64,000 nt of DNA, taken from the NCBI RefSeq assembly GCF_009914755.1, contig NC_060942.1. One strand, given 5' to 3'. Under the pieces are notes generated by a model. That model worked only from the letters and a program-made list of their open reading frames with translations. It was not told where the DNA came from and ran no database searches. Made by a program: the position numbers and the translations under genes. Position 1 is the first letter of the stretch; every line of letters starts with the position of its first letter. The stretch is from the human T2T-CHM13v2.0 reference genome, Homo sapiens. This document shows, piece after piece, positions 11,041 to 23,186 of the stretch.

Positions 11041-12623
11041 CCTAACTATTTCGTTGGAAACGGGAATATCTTCATATAAAACCTAGACAGAAGCACTCTC
11101 AGAAACTACTTTGTGATATCTGCATTGATATCAGAGAGTTGAATATTCCCTTTCTAAGGGCAGGCTTGAAAGCGTCTTTTCGTGGAATCTGCAGGAGGAT
11201 ATTTGGATAGCTTTGAGGGTTACGTTGGAAACGGGATTACATAGAGAATGTAGACAGCAGCATTCTCAGAAGCTTCTTTATGATGTTTGCGTTTAAGTCA
11301 CAGAGTTGAACGTTCCCTTTCATAGAGCAGGTTTCAAACCCTCTTTCTGCAGTATCTGGAAGTGGGCATTTCGAGCGCTTTCAGGCCCATGGTGAACAAG
11401 GAAATATCTTCCCATGAAAACTAGACAGAAGCATTCGCAGAAACTTGTTTGTGATGTGTGTCCTCAACTCACGGAGTTGAACATTTCGTTTGACAGAGCA
11501 GTTTGGAAACACGATTTTTGTAGAATCTGCAAGTGGATATTTCGATGGCTTTGTGGATTTCGTTGGAAACGGGAGTATCTTCATAGACAACCTAGACAGT
11601 AACATGCTCAGAAACTGCTTTGTAATATCTGCATTCACGTCACAGAGTTGAACATTCCCTTTCATAGAGCAGGTTTGAAACACTCTTTTTGTCGTATCTG
11701 GAAGTGGACATTTGGAGCACATGCACGCCTGTGGTGAAAAAGGAAATGTCTTCCCATGAAAACTAGACAGAAGCATTCTAAGAAACATTTTTGGGATATA
11801 TGTACTCAACTAACAGAGTTGAACCTTTCTCTTTATAGATCAGTTTTGGAAAGCTCTTTATGTGGAATCTGCAGATGGATATTCGGATAGCTCTGAGGAT
11901 TTCATTGGAGACGGGAATACATAAAGAAAGTAGACAGCAGCATTCTCAGGAGATTCTTTGTGATGTTTGCGTTGAAGTCACAGAGTTGAACGTTCCCTTT
12001 CATAGAGCAGGTTTCAAACCCTCTTTCTGCAGTATCTGGAAGTGGACATTTCGAGCGCTTTCAGGCCCGTGGTGAACAAGGAAATATCTTCCCATGCAAA
12101 CTAGACAGAAGCATTTGCAGAAACTTGTTTGTGATGTGTGTCCTCAACTCACGAAGTTGAACATTTCTTTTGACAGAGCAGTTTGGAAACACGATTTTTG
12201 TAGAATCTTCAAGTGGATATTTGGATGGCTTTGTGGATTTCGTTGGAAACGGGAGTATCTTCATAGACAACCTAGACAGTAACATGCTCAGAAACTGCTT
12301 TCTGATATCTGCCTTCATGTCACAGAGTTGAACATTCCCTTTCATAAAGCAGGTTTGAAACACACTTTCTGTAGTATCTGGATGTGGGCACTTGGAGCGC
12401 TTGGACGCTTATGGTGAAAAAGGACAGATCTTCCCATAAAAACTAGACAGAAGCATTCTCACAAACTGCTTTGTGACGTATGTCTTCAACTAACAGAGTT
12501 GAACATTTCTATTCACAGAGCAGTTTTGAAAGACTCTTTTGGAGTATCTGCTAGTGGATATTTGGAGAGCTTTAAGGATTTCATTGGAAACCGGAATATC
12601 TTCAGGTAAAATCTAGACAGAGG
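10243..12623 (+). repeat. Structural-variant HOR, 14-mer (2381 bp): m1-m8, m9/m2 hybrid, m3, m4/m7 hybrid, m8, m9, m10
   Basis: Phase jump of 2381 bp (ORF 10294 to 12675). The monomer at 11603 switches from m9 (cacgtcac...ttcatagagc) to m2 (cactctttttgtcg) at about 11668-11683. The monomer at 11941 switches from m4 (caggagatt) to m7 (tgcgtt...gaacgttccc...ttcaaaccc) at about 11955-11970. Confidence 0.93.
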
Positions 12624-14129
12624 CATTCTCAGAAACTTCTTCGTAATGTGTGTCCTCAACTAACAGTGTACAACCTATCTTTTGATACAGCACGTTGGAA
12701 ACACTCTTTTTATAGAATCTGCAAGTGGATAGTTGGATAGCTCTAACGATTTCGTTGGAAACGGGAATACCTTTATATAAAATCTAGACAGTGGCACTCT
12801 CAGAAACTGCTTTGTGATATCTGCATTCAAGCCACAGAGTTGAACATTTCCCTTCCTAAAGCAGGTTTGAAACACTCTTTTTGTCGTATCTGGAAGTGGA
12901 CATTTGGAGCACTTTGACGCCTTTGGTGAAAAAGGAAATGTCTTCCCATGAAAACTAGACAGAAGCATTCTAAGAAACATTTTTGGGATATATGTACTCA
13001 ACTAACACAGTTGAACCTTTCTCTTTATAGATCAGTTTTGGAAAGCTCTTTATGTGGAATCTGCAGATGGATATTCGGATAGCTCTGAGGATTTCGTTGG
13101 AGACGGGAATACATAAAGAAATTAGACAGCAGCATTCTCAGGAGATTCTTTGTGATGTTTGCTTTTAAGTCACAGAGTTGAATATTCCCTTCAATAGAGC
13201 AGGTTTGAAACACTCTTTCTGTAGTATCTGGAAGTGGACATTTCGATCGATTTCAGGCCTATGTTGAAAAAGGAAATACCTTAACATAAAAACTAGACAG
13301 AAGCATTCTCAGAAACGTCTTTGTGATGTGTGTCCTCAACTAACAGAGTTCAACCTTTCTTATGATACAGCAGTTTGGAAACACTCTTTTTATAGAATTT
13401 GCAAGTTGATACATGGATAGCCCTAACTATTTCGTTGGAAACGGGAATATCTTCATATAAAACCTAGACAGAAGCACTCTCAGAAACTACTTTGTGATAT
13501 CTGCATTGATATCAGAGAGTTGAATATTCCCTTTCTAAGGGAAGGCTTGAAAGCGTCTTTTCGTGGAATCTGCGGGAGGATATTTGGATAGCTTTGAGGG
13601 TTACGTTGGAAACGGGATTACATATACAAAGTAGACAGCAGCATTCTCAGAAGCTTCTTTATGATGTTTGCGTTTAAGTCACAGTGTTGAACGTTCCCTT
13701 TCATAGAGCAGGTTTCAAACCCTCTTTCTGCAGTATCTGGAAGTGGACATTTCGAGCGCTTTCCGGCCCATGGTGAACAAGGAAATATCTTCCCATGCAA
13801 ACTAGACAGAAGCATTCGCAGAAACTTGTTTGTGATGTGTGTCCTCAACTCACGGATTTGAACATTTCGTTTGACAGAGCAGTTCGGAAACACGATTTTT
13901 GTAGAATCTTCAAGTGGATATTTGGATGGCTTTGTGGATTTCGTTGGAAACGGGAGTATCTTCATAGACAACCTAGACAGTAACATGCTCAGAAACTGCT
14001 TTGTGATATCTGCATTCACGTCACAGAGTTGAACATTCCCTTTCATAGAGCAGGTTTGAAACACACTTTCTGTACTATCTGGATGTGGGCACTTGGAGCG
14101 CTTGGATGCTTATGGTGAAAAAGGACAGA

Positions 14130-17100
14130 TCGTCCCATAAAAACTGGACAGAAGCATTCTCACAAACTGCTTTGTGACGTATGTCTTCAACTAACAGAGT
14201 TGAACATTTCTATTCACAGAGCAGTTTTGAAAGACTCTTTTGGAGTATCTGCTAGTGGATATTTGGAGAGCTTTAAGGATTTCATTGGAAACCGGAATAT
14301 CTTCAGGTAAAATCTAGACAGAGGCATTCTCAGAAACTTCTTCGTAATGTGTGTCCTCAACTAACAGTGTACAACCTATCTTTTGATACAGCACGTTGGA
14401 AACACTCTTTTTATAGAATCTGCAAGTGGATAGTTGGATAGCTCTAACGATTTCGTTGGAAACTTGAATACCTTCATATAAAATCTAGACAGTGGCACTC
14501 TCAGAAACTGCTTTGTGATATCTGCATTCAAGCCACAGAGTTGAACATTTCCCTTCCTAAAGCAGGTTTGAAACACTCTTTTTGTCGTATCTGGAAGTGG
14601 ACATTTGGAGCACTTTGACGCCTTTGGTGAAAAAGGAAATGTCTTCCCATGAAAACTAGACAGAAGCATTCTAAGAAACATTTTTGGGATATATGTACTC
14701 AACTAACAGAGTTGAACCTTTCTCTTTATAGATCAGTTTTGGAAAGCTCTTTATGTGGAATCTGCAGATGGATATTCGGATAGCTCTGAGGATTTCGTTG
14801 GAGACGGGAATACATAAAGAAAGTAGACAGCAGCATTCTCAGGAGATTCTTTGTGATGTTTGCTTTTAAGTCACAGAGTTGAATATTCCCTTCAATAGAG
14901 CAGGCTTGAAACACTCTTTCTGTAGTATCTGGAAGTGGACATTTCGATCGATTTCAGGCCTATGTTGAAAAAGGAAATACCTTAACATAAAAACTAGACA
15001 GAAGCATTCTCAGAAACGTCTTTGTGATGTGTGTCCTCAACTAACAGAGTTCAACCTTTCTTATGATACAGCAGTTTGGAAACACTCTTTTTATAGAATT
15101 TGCAAGTTGATACATGGATAGCCCTAACTATTTCGTTGGAAACGGGAATATCTTCATATAAAGCCTAGACAGAAGCACTCTCAGAAACTACTTTGTGATA
15201 TCTGCATTGATATCAGAGAGTTGAATATTCCCTGTCTAAGGGCAGGCTTGAAAGCGTCTTTTCGTGGAATCTGCAGGAGGATATTTTGATAGCTTTGAGG
15301 GTTACGTTGGAAACCGGATTAAATATACAAAGTAGACAGCAGCATTCTCAGAAGCTTCTTTATGATGTTTGCGTTTAAGTCACAGAGTTGAACGTTCCCT
15401 TTCATAGAGCAGGTTTCAAACCCTCTTTCTGCAGTATCTGGAAGTGGACATTTCGAGCGCTTTCAGGCCCATGGTGAACAAGGAAATATCTTCCTATGCA
15501 AACTAGACAGAAGCATTCGCAGAAACTTGTTTGTGATGTGTGTCCTCAACTCACGGAGTTGAACATTTCGTTTGACAGAGCAGTTCGGAAACACGATTTT
15601 TGTAGAATCTTCAAGTGGATATTTGGATGGCTTTGTGGATTTCGTTGGAAACGGGAGTATCTTCATAGACAACCTAGACAGTAACATGCTCAGAAACTGC
15701 TTTGTGATATCTGCATTCACGTCACAGAGTTGAACATTCCCTTTCATAGAGCAGGTTTGAAACACACTTTCTGTAGTATCTGGATGTGGGCACTTGGAGC
15801 GCTTTGACGCTTATGGTGAAAAAGGACATATCGTCCCATAAAAACTGGACAGAAGCATTCTCACAAACTGCTTTGTGACGTATGTCTTCAACTAACAGAG
15901 TTGAACATTTCTATTCACAGAGCAGTTTTGAAAGAGTCTTTTGGAGTATCTGCTAGTGGATATTTGGAGAGCTTTAAGGATATCATTGGAAACTGGAATA
16001 TCTTCAGGTAAAATCTAGACAGAGGCATTCTCAGAAACTTCTTCGTAATGTGTGTCCTCAACTAACAGTGTACAACCTATCTTTTGATACAGCACGTTGG
16101 AAACACTCTTTTTATAGAATCTGCAAGTGGATAGTTGGATAGCTCTAACGATTTCGTTGGAAACGGGAATACCTTCATATAAAATCTAGACAGTGGCACT
16201 CTCAGAAACTGCTTTGTGATATCTTCATTCAAGCCACAGAGTTGAACATTTCCCTTCCTAAAGCAGGTTTGAAACACTTTTTTTGTCGTATCTGGAAGTG
16301 GACATTTGGAGCACTTTGACGCCTTTGGTGAAAAAGGAAATGTCTTCCCATGAAAACTAGACAGAAGCATTCTAAGAAACACTTTTGGGATATGTGTACT
16401 CAACTAACAGAGTTGAACCTTTCTCTTTATAGATCAGTTTTGGAAAGCTCTTTATGTGGAATCTGCAGATGGATATTCGGATAGCTCTGAGGATTTCGTT
16501 GGAGACGGGAATACATAAAGAAAGTAGACAGCAGCATTCTCAGGAGATTCTTTGTGATGTTTGCTTTTAAGTCACAGAGTTGAATATTCCCTTCAATAGA
16601 GCAGGCTTGAAACACTCTTTCTGTAGTATCTGGAAGTGGACATTTCGATCGATTTCAGGCCTATGTTGAAAAAGGAAATACCTTAACATAAAAACTAGAC
16701 AGAAGCATTCTCAGAAACGTCTTTGTGATGTGTGTCCTCAAATAACAGAGTTCAACCTTTCTTATGATACAGCAGTTTGGAAACACTCTTTTTATAGAAT
16801 TTGCAAGTTGATACATGGATAGCCCTAACTATTTCGTTGGAAACGGGAATATCTTCATATAAAGCCTAGACAGAAGCACTCTCAGAAACTACTTTGTGAT
16901 ATCTGCATTGATATCAGAGAGTTGAATATTCCCTGTCTAAGGGCAGGCTTGAAAGCGTCTTTTCGTGGAATCTGCAGGAGGATATTTTGATAGCTTTGAG
17001 GGTTACGTTGGAAACCGGATTACATATACAAAGTAGACAGCAGCATTCTCAGAAGCTTCTTTATGATGTTTGCGTTTAAGTCACAGAGGTGAACGTTCCC

Positions 17101-20100
17101 TTTCATAGAGCAGGTTTCAAACCCTCTTTCTGCAGTATCTGGAAGTGGACATTTCGAGCGCTTTCAGGCCCATGGTGAACAAGGAAATATCTTCCTATGC
17201 AAACTAGACAGAAGCATTCGCAGAAACTTGTTTCTGATGTGTGTCCTCAACTCACGGAGTTGAACATTTCGTTTGACAGAGCAGTTCGGAAACACGATTT
17301 TTGTAGAATCTTCAAGTGGATATTTGGATGGCTTTGTGGATTTCGTTGGAAACGGGAGTATCTTCATAGACAACCTAGACAGTAACATGCTCAGAAACTG
17401 CTTTGTGATATCTGCATTCACGTCACAGAGTTGAACATTCCCTTTCATAGAGCAGGTTTGAAACACACTTTCTGTAGTATCTGGATGTGGGCACTTGGAG
17501 CGCTTGGACGCTTATGGTGAAAAAGGACATATCGTCCCATAAAAACTGGACAGAAGCATTCTCACAAACTGCTTTGTGACGTATGTCTTCAACTAACAGA
17601 GTTGAACATTTCTATTCACAGAGCAGTTTTGAAAGACTCTTTTGGAGTATCTGCTAGTGGATATTTGGAGAGCTTTAAGGATTTCATTGGAAACCGGAAT
17701 ATCTTCAGGTAAAATCTAGACAGAGGCATTCTCAGAAACTTCTTCGTAATGTGTGTCCTCAACTAACAGTGTACAACCTATCTTTTGATACAGCACGTTG
17801 GAAACACTCTTTTTATAGAATCTGCAAGTGGATAGTTGGATAGCTCTAACGATTTCGTTGGAAACTTGAATACCTTCATATAAAATCTAGACAGTGGCAC
17901 TCTCAGAAACTGCTTTGTGATATCTGCATTCAAGCCACAGAGTTGAACATTTCCCTTCCTAAAGCAGGTTTGAAACACTCTTTTTGTCGTATCTGGAAGT
18001 GGACATTTGGAGCACTTTGACGCCTTTGGTGAAAAAGGAAATGTCTTCCCATGAAAACTAGACAGAAGCATTCTAAGAAACATTTTTGGGATATATGTAC
18101 TCAACTAACAGAGTTGAACCTTTCTCTTTATAGATCAGTTTTGGAAAGCTCTTTATGTGGAATCTGCAGATGGATATTCGGATAGCTCTGAGGATTTCGT
18201 TGGAGACGGGAATACATAAAGAAAGTAGACAGCAGCATTCTCAGGAGATTCTTTGTGATGTTTGCTTTTAAGTCACAGAGTTGAATATTCCCTTCAATAG
18301 AGCAGGCTTGAAACACTCTTTCTGTAGTATCTGGAAGTGGACATTTCGATCGATTTCAGGCCTATGTTGAAAAAGGAAATACCTTAACATAAAAACTAGA
18401 CAGAAGCATTCTCAGAAACGTCTTTGTGATGTGTGTCCTCAACTAACAGAGTTCAACCTTTCTTATGATACAGCAGTTTGGAAACACTCTTTTTATAGAA
18501 TTTGCAAGTTGATACATGGATAGCCCTAACTATTTCGTTGGAAACGGGAATATCTTCATATAAAGCCTAGACAGAAGCACTCTCAGAAACTACTTTGTGA
18601 TATCTGCATTGATATCAGAGAGTTGAATATTCCCTGTCTAAGGGCAGGCTTGAAAGCGTCTTTTCGTGGAATCTGCAGGAGGATATTTTGATAGCTTTGA
18701 GGGTTACGTTGGAAACCGGATTAAATATACAAAGTAGACAGCAGCATTCTCAGAAGCTTCTTTATGATGTTTGCGTTTAAGTCACAGAGTTGAACGTTCC
18801 CTTTCATAGAGCAGGTTTCAAACCCTCTTTCTGCAGTATCTGGAAGTGGACATTTCGAGCGCTTTCAGGCCCATGGTGAACAAGGAAATATCTTCCTATG
18901 CAAACTAGACAGAAGCATTCGCAGAAACTTGTTTGTGATGTGTGTCCTCAACTCACGGAGTTGAACATTTCGTTTGACAGAGCAGTTCGGAAACACGATT
19001 TTTGTAGAATCTTCAAGTGGATATTTGGATGGCTTTGTGGATTTCGTTGGAAACGGGAGTATCTTCATAGACAACCTAGACAGTAACATGCTCAGAAACT
19101 GCTTTGTGATATCTGCATTCACGTCACAGAGTTGAACATTCCCTTTCATAGAGCAGGTTTGAAACACACTTTCTGTAGTATCTGGATGTGGGCACTTGGA
19201 GCGCTTTGACGCTTATGGTGAAAAAGGACATATCGTCCCATAAAAACTGGACAGAAGCATTCTCACAAACTGCTTTGTGACGTATGTCTTCAACTAACAG
19301 AGTTGAACATTTCTATTCACAGAGCAGTTTTGAAAGAGTCTTTTGGAGTATCTGCTAGTGGATATTTGGAGAGCTTTAAGGATATCATTGGAAACTGGAA
19401 TATCTTCAGGTAAAATCTAGACAGAGGCATTCTCAGAAACTTCTTCGTAATGTGTGTCCTCAACTAACAGTGTACAACCTATCTTTTGATACAGCACGTT
19501 GGAAACACTCTTTTTATAGAATCTGCAAGTGGATAGTTGGATAGCTCTAACGATTTCGTTGGAAACGGGAATACCTTCATATAAAATCTAGACAGTGGCA
19601 CTCTCAGAAACTGCTTTGTGATATCTTCATTCAAGCCACAGAGTTGAACATTTCCCTTCCTAAAGCAGGTTTGAAACACTTTTTTTGTCGTATCTGGAAG
19701 TGGACATTTGGAGCACTTTGACGCCTTTGGTGAAAAAGGAAATGTCTTCCCATGAAAACTAGACAGAAGCATTCTAAGAAACACTTTTGGGATATGTGTA
19801 CTCAACTAACAGAGTTGAACCTTTCTCTTTATAGATCAGTTTTGGAAAGCTCTTTATGTGGAATCTGCAGATGGATATTCGGATAGCTCTGAGGATTTCG
19901 TTGGAGACGGGAATACATAAAGAAAGTAGACAGCAGCATTCTCAGGAGATTCTTTGTGATGTTTGCTTTTAAGTCACAGAGTTGAATATTCCCTTCAATA
20001 GAGCAGGCTTGAAACACTCTTTCTGTAGTATCTGGAAGTGGACATTTCGATCGATTTCAGGCCTATGTTGAAAAAGGAAATACCTTAACATAAAAACTAG

Positions 20101-21029
20101 ACAGAAGCATTCTCAGAAACGTCTTTGTGATGTGTGTCCTCAAATAACAGAGTTCAACCTTTCTTATGATACAGCAGTTTGGAAACACTCTTTTTATAGA
20201 ATTTGCAAGTTGATACATGGATAGCCCTAACTATTTCGTTGGAAACGGGAATATCTTCATATAAAGCCTAGACAGAAGCACTCTCAGAAACTACTTTGTG
20301 ATATCTGCATTGATATCAGAGAGTTGAATATTCCCTGTCTAAGGGCAGGCTTGAAAGCGTCTTTTCGTGGAATCTGCAGGAGGATATTTTGATAGCTTTG
20401 AGGGTTACGTTGGAAACCGGATTACATATACAAAGTAGACAGCAGCATTCTCAGAAGCTTCTTTATGATGTTTGCGTTTAAGTCACAGAGGTGAACGTTC
20501 CCTTTCATAGAGCAGGTTTCAAACCCTCTTTCTGCAGTATCTGGAAGTGGACATTTCGAGCGCTTTCAGGCCCATGGTGAACAAGGAAATATCTTCCTAT
20601 GCAAACTAGACAGAAGCATTCGCAGAAACTTGTTTCTGATGTGTGTCCTCAACTCACGGAGTTGAACATTTCGTTTGACAGAGCAGTTCGGAAACACGAT
20701 TTTTGTAGAATCTTCAAGTGGATATTTGGATGGCTTTGTGGATTTCGTTGGAAACGGGAGTATCTTCATAGACAACCTAGACAGTAACATGCTCAGAAAC
20801 TGCTTTGTGATATCTGCATTCACGTCACAGAGTTGAACATTCCCTTTCATAGAGCAGGTTTGAAACACACTTTCTGTAGTATCTGGATGTGGGCACTTGG
20901 AGCGCTTGGACGCTTATGGTGAAAAAGGACATATCGTCCCATAAAAACTGGACAGAAGCATTCTCACAAACTGCTTTGTGACGTATGTCTTCAACTAACA
21001 GAGTTGAACATTTCTATTCACAGAGCAGT
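14130..21029 (+). repeat. Near-identical tandem duplication of a 2-HOR (3402-bp) unit
   Basis: ggaaacttga (14451/17853), gattaaatatac, gctttgacgc, gatatcattggaaactgg, atcttcattc and cagaggtgaac all repeat at +3402. Identity breaks at about 14128 (ggacagat) and 21030 (cagtcttg). Confidence 0.88.
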
Positions 21030-23186
21030 CTTGAAAGACTCTTTTGGAGTATCTGCTAGTGGATATTTGGAGAGCTTTAAGGATTTCATTGGAAACCGGA
21101 ATATCTTCAGGTAAAATCTAGACAGAGGCATTCTCAGAAACTTCTTCGTAATGTGTGTCCTCAACTAACAGTGTACAACCTATCTTTTGATACAGCACGT
21201 TGGAAACACTCTTTTTATAGAATCTGCAAGTGGATAGTTGGATAGCTCTAACGATTTCGTTGGAAACGGGAATACCTTCATATAAAATCTAGACAGTGGT
21301 ACTCTCAGAAACTGCTTTGTGATATCTGCATTCAAGCCACAGAGTTGAACATTTCCCTTCCTAAAGCAGGTTTGAAACACTCTTTTTGTCGTATCTGGAA
21401 GTGGACATTTGGAGCACTTTGACGCCTTTGGTGAAAAAGGAAATGTCTTCCCATGAAAACTAGACAGAAGCATTCTAAGAAACACTTTTGGGATATATGT
21501 ACTCAACTAACAGAGTTGAACCTTTCTCTTTATAGATCAGTTTTGGAAAGCTCTTTATGTGGAATCTGCAGATGGATATTCGGATAGCTCTGAGGATTTC
21601 GTTGGAGACGGGAATACATAAAGAAAGTAGACAGCAGCATTCTCAGGAGATTCTTTGTGATGTTTGCTTTGAAGTCACAGAGTTGAATATTCCCTTCAAT
21701 AGAGCAGGCTTGAAACACTCTTTCTGTAGTATCTGGAAGTGGACATTTCGATCGATTTCAGGCCTATGTTGAAAAAGGAAATACCTTAACATAAAAACTA
21801 GACAGAAGCATTCTCAGAAACGTCTTTGTGATGTGTGTCCTCAACTAACAGAGTTCAACCTTTCTTATGATACAGCAGTTTGGAAACACTCTTTTTATAG
21901 AATTTGCAAGTTGATACATGGATAGCCCTAACTATTTCGTTGGAAACGGGAATATCTTCATATAAAACCTAGGCAGAAGCACTCTCAGAAACTACTTTGT
22001 GATATCTGCATTGATATCAGAGAGTTGAATATTCCCTTTCTAAGGGCAGGCTTGAAAGCGTCTTTTCGTGGAATCTGCGGGAGGATATTTGGATAGCTTT
22101 GAGGGTTACGTTGGAAACAGGATTATATATACAAAGTAGACAGCAGCATTCTCAGAAGCTTCTTTATGATGTTTGCGTTTAAGTCACAGAGTTGAACGTT
22201 CCCTTTCATAGAGCAGGTTTCAAACCCTCTTTCTGCAGTATCTGGAAGTGGACATTTCGAGCGCTTTCAGGCCCATGGTGAACAAGGAAATATCTTCCCA
22301 TGCAAACTAGACAGAAGCATTCACAGAAACTTGTTTCTGATGTGTGTCCTCAACTCACGGAGTTGAACATTTCGTTTGACAGAGCAGTTCGGAAACACGA
22401 TTTTTGTAGAATCTTCAAGTGGATATTTGGATGGCTTTGTGGATTTCGTTGGAAACGGGAGTATCTTCATAGACAACCTAGACAGTAACATGCTCAGAAA
22501 CTGCTTTGTGATATCTGCATTCATGTCACAGAGTTGAACATTCCCTTTCATAAAGCAGGTTTGAAACACACTTTCTGTAGTATCTGGATGTGGGCACTTG
22601 GAGCGCTTGGACGCTTATGGTGAAAAAGGACATATCGTTCCATAAAAACTGGACAGAAGCATTCTCACAAACTGCTTTGTGACGTATGTCTTCAACTAAC
22701 AGAGTTGAACATTTCTATCCACAGAGCAGTTTTGAAAGACTCTTTTGGAGTATCTGCTAGTGGATATTTGGAGAGCTTTAAGGATTTCATTGGAAACCGG
22801 AATATCTTCAGGTAAAATCTAGACAGAGGCATTCTCAGAAACTTCTTCGTAATGTGTGTCCTCAACTAACAGTGTACAACCTATCTTTTGATACAGCACG
22901 TTGGAAACACTCTTTTTATAGAATCTGCAAGTGGATAGTTGGATAGCTCTAACGATTTCGTTGGAAACTTGAATACCTTCATATAAAATCTAGACAGTGG
23001 CACTCTCAGAAACTGCTTTGTGATATCTGCATTCAAGCCACAGAGTTGAACATTTCCCTTCCTAAAGCAGGTTTGAAACACTCTTTTTGTCGTATCTGGA
23101 AGTGGACATTTGGAGCACTTTGACGCCTTTGGTGAAAAAGGAAATGTCTTCCCATGAAAACTAGACAGAAGCATTCTAAGAAACAT

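Noticed and set aside
11381-11809. Longer 142-aa fusion ORF
   Set aside because: It is created by the m9/m2 hybrid junction joining two spurious frames and is not a gene.
13618-14064. Longest ORF (148 aa)
   Set aside because: Read-through caused by point changes (ttccggcc, acagtgttg) that remove stops in a single HOR copy.
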